From a virus, in the IMG/VR virus record IMGVR_UViG_3300034073_003245, positions 1-64,000 of that record: 64,000 bases of DNA; one strand, 5' to 3'. Positions 59,301-64,000 of the stretch are shown here, piece by piece. The notes under the pieces were generated by a model that was not told the origin of the DNA, searched no databases, and saw only the letters and a program-made list of their open reading frames with translations. Both the position numbers and the translations under genes were made by a program. The stretch's first letter is position 1. Every line of letters begins with the position of its first letter.

Positions 59301-62300
59301 TGCCGTATCAATGTTCAAAGAGTCAACAGACTACGACAATGCTTTTAATTCTTGGCAAAAAGCCAACCCTGGAAAGTCGGAAAAAGACTTTGAAAAGTCG
59401 CCGGAATTTACTGATGCACTGGTTGAGTTTGACAGATACCTGCTTGACCAAGCATCAAAGGCCACGGGGATTCGCTACAGCAGAACCATGCCATATAGCG
59501 GTGGTCCAATTTCTCTTGAGCAAATGACTGCTAAGCAAATTCTCAGAGACAGAATGTCTGGGATGTCTCTTGATGATGTCGCTGAAAAAATGAATCTGTC
59601 TCGCGAGAAAGTCAGATCGCTTGAGGCTCAGGAAGTTATGCGCCTGAGAGATGATGCTTCACCTAGAGAAATACTTGCCTACAGAACAATGGGCTTGAGC
59701 CTTGAAGACACAGGTCGTCTCTTTGGCATGCGCCCAGAGGACGTGCGCAAAGCAGAAGCCAAAGAGATGGCCGACATCCGCAAGGATATGGACGACAACA
59801 AACTTATTGAACTCCGGATGATGGGCTTTTCTCTTGATGATCTCGCAGAAATCACCGGAGCCAGTAGGGAAGATCTTCGTAAGCGGGAAATACAAAGACT
59901 AAGAAGAGGCCCAGAAGACGGTGGCGGCGCGCGCGGAATGGCTAGCCGTGGAAGGTCAGAAGACTTTGACGGCGGGTATGACGAGGCGTACGGTCCGACA
60001 CCCCCCATAACAAGAAGGCCGCCGGTCGGAGAATGGGATGTCCTCGTGGGTGAAGAAGCCTACGAGAGAGAAGATGCCAGCAGGCAGCAACGCGGCATGG
60101 CAAGCCAAAACGTTAGACCAAACGCCGGTCTAGTTAAGTACTCAACAGATCTATTGAATGAAAAACTTGAAGACCTGGACTCAGATCCTCAACCAGGAAT
60201 GGCCGGAGCGACCCTTGATAAGACATGGGCAGAGGGAGTGCTTGATGGGCTTCGTGACGGCAGACTTTCATCTGATGACGCAATCAACATCATTGGCCTA
60301 GCAGGCAACGATGTCTTTAACGAAGGCAAGAAGCCAGAAGGCGAAAGAAACCAGGCACTCATTGATTCACGTATCAAGTTGAGCAAGAGGCTAAGAAGGT
60401 CTGTCGTTGATTCAATGTCCGAGGGCGACATGGAGGAATACCAGGCAAATCGCCGCAGAAGAATGGGTGCTGATCGTGGAATGAGAAGCACTCTTTCTGA
60501 GGCAAACAGAAGGAGGGATGCCGGCCTTACTCCAGGCACTGGTGATCCATCCCCGGGAACACGTGGCCAAAGAGTGGCATCAAGTGGCGGCGAGTACAAG
60601 CCGAACACAGAAGAAAGAGATGCTGCGATTATTCAAAGGCTGAGAGACATAGGCCTTAGCGATGATGAAATTTCCGAATTGACTGGAATAGACAATCTTC
60701 CAGACGCAGAAAGAGGAATGGCATCAAGAGAAATAAAACTAAACAATCGGCAGATTGATAACGCCTTATCAGAACTTGACAATTTGACAGATGATCGTGG
60801 TTATGAAGATTGGGAATCAATCCAAAAACTGCGTCAGCAATTGTCGGACGCCAAAGACAACAACGGAGTTTTTTCTCCTTCTGAGAGGGATATTGAGGAC
60901 TATCTTGACGAACTAGAAAAACTTGAAGATGCAGGATTTGACGACTGGGAAGGTCTGTCAATGATCCGTTCTATTATTAGTGATTCTAGGGGCGAACGTG
61001 GCATGCGCTCAAGAAACTCCGAAATAGATATGACCCTTGAGGAATACGGTCAACTTCTTGACACTCTTGACAAATATGTTGACGGAAGCGCGGGCGAGGG
61101 AGTCGGCGCTGATGACGACATGCGTGTTCTTCAGCAGGTAATGGACAAACTTGAGGCGAGCCAAAACGCCAATGACGCAGTTGAACTAACGTCTGACGAA
61201 ATTTCTGACTATCTAGACAGTCTTAAGAATATCCGCGACAACGGTCCAATGGAGGACGCGACTTCTGGCGACAAGGCTAATATCAACAAGTTGATCTCAG
61301 CCCTTGAGGGGGCTAGGGATTCACGGGATGGATCCTACGAGACGCCGGCATTAAGGCGTTCCGGCGCAAGAATTAGCGACCAGCAGGGAAGGGCGTTTAG
61401 GTCATCAAGCGGAACTGTTAACCCTCACGAAAAAATTGAGATGACCCTCAACGGCGATGATATCTCAGCAATGGTTGAAGACATTGACGCGCTTCTGAAA
61501 CAAACCCCAAATTCCGCAGCACTTAAGGCTGCTAGAGAAAAGTTCTCAAAGGCCAAGACTGGTGAAAAGATCACCATGGATAAAGACGAGTACGAGCAAC
61601 TCTACAAAGACATTGAGACAGCAAAAACGCAGGGCAATAGGGTCACTTCTGAACTCGCATCACTTCTTGACCAGGCAGCAGAAAGCAAAGATGGCAAGTA
61701 CGTTGACCCCAACCTAAGAGGACGCGGCGGTATGGCGTCTCGTAATAATGGGGCTCCTTCAGACATTACAGAGGCAATGCAGAAGGAATACATCTTCTGG
61801 GCCAGAAATAACCCAAATCTTTTTGTCGCTCAAAGAATCCTGAAGAAGTACGACGATAACGATGGACAATTGTCCGCTAGGGACTGGAGAGCGCTTGACA
61901 CTCTCTACACGAACTTAAGCCCACGTGGAGGCGGTCGTCGCTCTGGAATGAGATCTCGTTCGGGCCGTGATGCGGAAATAGAGAAACAGAAAAAAATAGA
62001 CGCCGAAAGAATGCGATCAGGCTCCACCACGGGATCGGAGAGCGAAAGAATTGGCAGATCTTCAGAGGGAACTGGAGTCTCAGCCAGTGGTCTTGGAGAC
62101 ATTGGCATTCGTGGTGAAGGCGCAAGCCAGAGGACAGAAACACCTGGCCCTTCAGAGAAGAAATTTACAGGGAAGTCATTCAATGAAGTCCAACCAGATA
62201 ACTGGGAATCTCTTGACATTGAGGAGAAGTACGACTGGCTATTCAGCAATGGCAAGCCGGAGGTTTCAGGAATGTCGCCGGCGGCCTATGAGGGCGCTCT

Positions 62301-63282
62301 CAAGAAGTTAATTGCGGAAGAAGAGGCTCTTGAAAAGGCCAATACCCGCAGAGCCAGAAGAGCAGGGGCGGGCCAAGATCGCGGAATGGCATCACGTGGA
62401 AGAACCCCGAGTCAAAATGCCACCTATGACTGGGTTAACAATTTAAGCAGCCCTACTGAAAAATGGCTTGAAGAAAAGAATAAAGCAACCCTTGATTCGT
62501 ATAAGGAATGGAAAAAAAACCTGGGAACTATAACCCCAGGAGGACAAGCGCCAGAGATGCTCAGGGGCATGTCTTCTCGCTCCGGTGGTTCTGGTCGCCA
62601 GGGAAGAACAATGATTACCGACGAAGCAACATACTTCGGTGAGATTGAGAAGAACCTCCCAGTTGAGATAAGAAAAGCAACAGAAGCAAAAGAATCAAAA
62701 ATTTCCCAAGCATTATCGCTGCTGCAGGACATTATCAAGAAACAAGAAGCATCAAAGACCGGTTCAAGAAGAACCAATACGGGAAGCATTTTTGTAACAG
62801 CCGACGAGGCTGATCGTATTCTTGATGCGCTTATGTGGGTTATTGATAGACAGGTCCAAAGAAATGGCAACGAAGAAAGAATATCTGCTTTTGCAAAACT
62901 GGTTGACAAGATGGCACAAGCCGCCATGTCAACTTTTGTAAACAGAGACACATCAGAAATCGGTTCTCGCACTACAAAAAGAACCAACAGCCGAGGAAAA
63001 GAAGTTGAGATCCCCGATGCCGGTATAGGCCTGCCAAGAGGAATGGCTTCTAGTTCTAATTTAGGCGGTTACAATAGACGCAGAACACAAGCGGCGGACA
63101 AAAAATTTGAAGACATCCTTCGTGAGGAAGTTGAAACAAAATTGACTCCAGATCAGCAGAAAAGATACAGCAAACTATACGAAGCAGAAATGGCCAAGTA
63201 CGGCGGCGCTGGGCTGGCATTAAAGAGACAAGAAAAAAAAGAAATACACCAAAGAATCATGAAAGAAATTCTCGGCCAGTAA
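56386..63282 (+). CDS. HK97-type prohead protease fused to a ~1,770-aa multi-module cargo polyprotein
   Basis: GAGGAG RBS before the ATG at 56386; DSVGDV..PGAF, WGHNW (His), EWSIGY (Ser), LYEVSPV..GAN; followed by 13 RGMASR-like motifs. Confidence 0.88.
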   Translation: MSYSNIEFKSNPGQFNIDEAQGIVECFVAGIGNKDSVGDVLVPGAFSESLKRRKPRVVWGHNWNDPIGKVLEIYEVGPGDARLPQKMRQAGIGGLYAKVQFNLNSEKGREAFANVAFFGHEQEWSIGYKTIDSIHDPGVKANILKEVELYEVSPVLHGANQLTGTISVKSDDLALADAEKGWGMGMPHHMMGMKPQQPQVIVIREDDDDDDKYESEKPIFAEGLAQPIGGQQRRMLEKEIAERTGSQIRLIEATENTAVFSRMMPTGGTMVFRVSYHTPDNFRTFMFGKPELADGQVTMPGATQKPRTVVPSQMPSMPMQVKPGYSQDEMGMYSFPKSGETEKSDLGSQIQAIEDILMAETEEKVGRTLNRRNLSKLKSVMESLQEIIASAEKEMDTKGYVIPVPLEEAFSTKQLLDPIFDYHRVETQVTEDGIVITSGVTQEFIEAIGVAEKALGRTLRGGPGKARRAGRGLAARFDPNAWDGDGDGLVQEGTPFQRPAIPGVNDRSTRGRVDPAAATQAWQTGQRGMASRGGRRITLGNANPNSLGPMYGYDPEEQDFSSESYWEEVFTDSDDMLPFFQEWLEKEKGKEALWHELSDDEFEELVDKWKSSDAFEKDVKRYAEIQADEGIEDGEAFRSLFKRSTLDKVWVRNEPKERGMASRADVLTDLAIDSDVSEAIDSIVREVLVYSGTGDKDKISDLVSDAAREILDSINFDSIKDSPGKAVSDFRKKLVETLSDEDFLREAMRKKDAINEFVDGLYDAVNSAFEKYEDHLKKTGGDFEDFADLKFELLDDLDGRVSKILNSSRKLFGELKSKKTEDEYKSRDERRKLIASIRAGELPKDWRGRETEDLVDGRVAYEEALEEIVNNSPDADIDELMSDYIEAVREGARKNPDNRVLAVLADVYGDDGKITDEELKRNLQDVARRSPFNKKRGRNEKEVLRGMASRGGGRPGDPITDQERNKVKRDSTAVSMFKESTDYDNAFNSWQKANPGKSEKDFEKSPEFTDALVEFDRYLLDQASKATGIRYSRTMPYSGGPISLEQMTAKQILRDRMSGMSLDDVAEKMNLSREKVRSLEAQEVMRLRDDASPREILAYRTMGLSLEDTGRLFGMRPEDVRKAEAKEMADIRKDMDDNKLIELRMMGFSLDDLAEITGASREDLRKREIQRLRRGPEDGGGARGMASRGRSEDFDGGYDEAYGPTPPITRRPPVGEWDVLVGEEAYEREDASRQQRGMASQNVRPNAGLVKYSTDLLNEKLEDLDSDPQPGMAGATLDKTWAEGVLDGLRDGRLSSDDAINIIGLAGNDVFNEGKKPEGERNQALIDSRIKLSKRLRRSVVDSMSEGDMEEYQANRRRRMGADRGMRSTLSEANRRRDAGLTPGTGDPSPGTRGQRVASSGGEYKPNTEERDAAIIQRLRDIGLSDDEISELTGIDNLPDAERGMASREIKLNNRQIDNALSELDNLTDDRGYEDWESIQKLRQQLSDAKDNNGVFSPSERDIEDYLDELEKLEDAGFDDWEGLSMIRSIISDSRGERGMRSRNSEIDMTLEEYGQLLDTLDKYVDGSAGEGVGADDDMRVLQQVMDKLEASQNANDAVELTSDEISDYLDSLKNIRDNGPMEDATSGDKANINKLISALEGARDSRDGSYETPALRRSGARISDQQGRAFRSSSGTVNPHEKIEMTLNGDDISAMVEDIDALLKQTPNSAALKAAREKFSKAKTGEKITMDKDEYEQLYKDIETAKTQGNRVTSELASLLDQAAESKDGKYVDPNLRGRGGMASRNNGAPSDITEAMQKEYIFWARNNPNLFVAQRILKKYDDNDGQLSARDWRALDTLYTNLSPRGGGRRSGMRSRSGRDAEIEKQKKIDAERMRSGSTTGSESERIGRSSEGTGVSASGLGDIGIRGEGASQRTETPGPSEKKFTGKSFNEVQPDNWESLDIEEKYDWLFSNGKPEVSGMSPAAYEGALKKLIAEEEALEKANTRRARRAGAGQDRGMASRGRTPSQNATYDWVNNLSSPTEKWLEEKNKATLDSYKEWKKNLGTITPGGQAPEMLRGMSSRSGGSGRQGRTMITDEATYFGEIEKNLPVEIRKATEAKESKISQALSLLQDIIKKQEASKTGSRRTNTGSIFVTADEADRILDALMWVIDRQVQRNGNEERISAFAKLVDKMAQAAMSTFVNRDTSEIGSRTTKRTNSRGKEVEIPDAGIGLPRGMASSSNLGGYNRRRTQAADKKFEDILREEVETKLTPDQQKRYSKLYEAEMAKYGGAGLALKRQEKKEIHQRIMKEILGQ
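57762..57818 (+). promoter_or_regulatory. Putative programmed -1 frameshift signal
   Basis: GAGGGG (57762-67); in-phase G_GGA_AAA (57774-80); hairpin GCCGCGC-CGG-GCGCGGC (57785-801); -1 frame TGA at 57816-18. Confidence 0.6.
57964..63054 (+). repeat. 13 dispersed copies of the peptide motif xGM(A/R/S)S(R/Q/T/S)
   Basis: Motif starts at 57964, 58357, 59218, 59932, 60091, 60475, 60712, 60997, 61726, 61942, 62380, 62563 and 63037. Confidence 0.9.
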
Positions 63283-63453
63283 AAATTCCAAAATCTTGTC
63301 AAAGATTAAAAGAAAGATAGACTAATACAAATAATCGCATTTACTCTCTGCGCACAGCGGAGTTAGTGCTAAGTTATACTTTTACCAAGAAGTTCATATT
63401 TGTGTATTGACAGTTTTTCCTGTCTTGTCGCATAAAACCAGGAGTAAGAAAAA

Positions 63454-64000
63454 ATGGCCGAAAAAGTTCAAGTTAGCATTGACGCCGAGGGCAACGTCCT
63501 TAAGTGTGCAAAAAACCTTGCCGGCGGCGAGTGCGGCTATACGCCTGGCGCAAAAGTGTGTGGCAAGTGTGGTGCCATGCCTATTGAAATGAAGATGGTT
63601 CCGGTTGATGCCGAGGAAAAAGGTGGCGACTGGATGATGGGCGACGAAATGATGCCGGCTAAGAAAAAGAAGAAGGGCGGCATGGCTCTTCCGGACGACC
63701 TTGCTATGGATGAGGATGAGGACGGCGAGATGATGCCGTCAAAGAAAAAGGCCATGGCTGAGGCTATGGAAGACGACGAAGAGGAAATGGACGAAGAGGA
63801 AGGCGCACCAATGCCTTCAAGCAAGAAGGCCATGAACGAGGAGATGGACGACGAAGAGGACGAAGAGGAAGACGACATGGAGGAAGAGGATTCCGACATG
63901 GCTGTTGACCTTGAGGCAGCCAAGAAGAAAAGACTTGCTTCACTTGGCGAGAAGTCCGCAGAATACGGCAAGAACGCCTACATGTGCGCCATTGAGCGCA
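63454..64000 (+). CDS. Acidic scaffold-like protein with N-terminal Cys cluster (runs off the window; absent from ORF track)
   Basis: AGGAG RBS; MAEKVQVSID...KCAK...ECGY....VCGKCG followed by D/E/M/K-rich low-complexity sequence. Confidence 0.7.
   Translation, partial: MAEKVQVSIDAEGNVLKCAKNLAGGECGYTPGAKVCGKCGAMPIEMKMVPVDAEEKGGDWMMGDEMMPAKKKKKGGMALPDDLAMDEDEDGEMMPSKKKAMAEAMEDDEEEMDEEEGAPMPSSKKAMNEEMDDEEDEEEDDMEEEDSDMAVDLEAAKKKRLASLGEKSAEYGKNAYMCAIER

Noticed and set aside
57964-63054. RGMASR motifs as internal translation starts (AGAGGA-ATG resembles SD plus start) or as a DNA repeat/CRISPR-like array
   Set aside because: The Arg-Gly codons abut the ATG with no SD spacing and are usually CGC/CGT-GGN. 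The DNA is degenerate and spacing is irregular (159-861 bp). Internal initiation is not fully excluded.
1-64000. tRNA/rRNA genes, introns, inteins or alternative genetic code
   Set aside because: Intergenic gaps are short with no recognisable cloverleaf. Terminase and other core genes are of normal length, and genes read through intact in the standard code using all three stops.

Overview
This 64-kb window is part of a large tailed-phage genome with a contractile tail (sheath, tube, baseplate J/gp25). The host is probably an actinobacterium: there is a WhiB gene at the left edge, and several -10 boxes sit 6-7 nt before start codons, suggesting leaderless mRNAs. From left to right the window holds accessory and lysis genes; a long array of fibre/adhesin genes interrupted by a tailoring-enzyme island (cytochrome P450, flavin-dependent halogenase, 2OG-Fe(II) oxygenase) beside a His-rich fibre; baseplate, tape measure, tail and neck genes; an IbrA/IbrB(ParB)-like pair; a recombination module; terminase; portal; and a 2,300-aa HK97-type prohead protease fusion. 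The most striking feature is that fusion. After the protease/scaffold part it carries about 1,770 aa of unrelated modules separated by 13 copies of a short motif, (R/G/S)-G-M-(A/R/S)-S-(R/Q/T/S), usually RGMASR, conserved as protein but not as DNA. Just upstream of this array is a dnaX-like -1 frameshift signal (internal SD, G_GGA_AAA, GC hairpin, early -1 stop). I infer a head-packaged, processed cargo polyprotein whose copy number is set by frameshifting. All annotations come from motif recognition by eye; no database searches were run.
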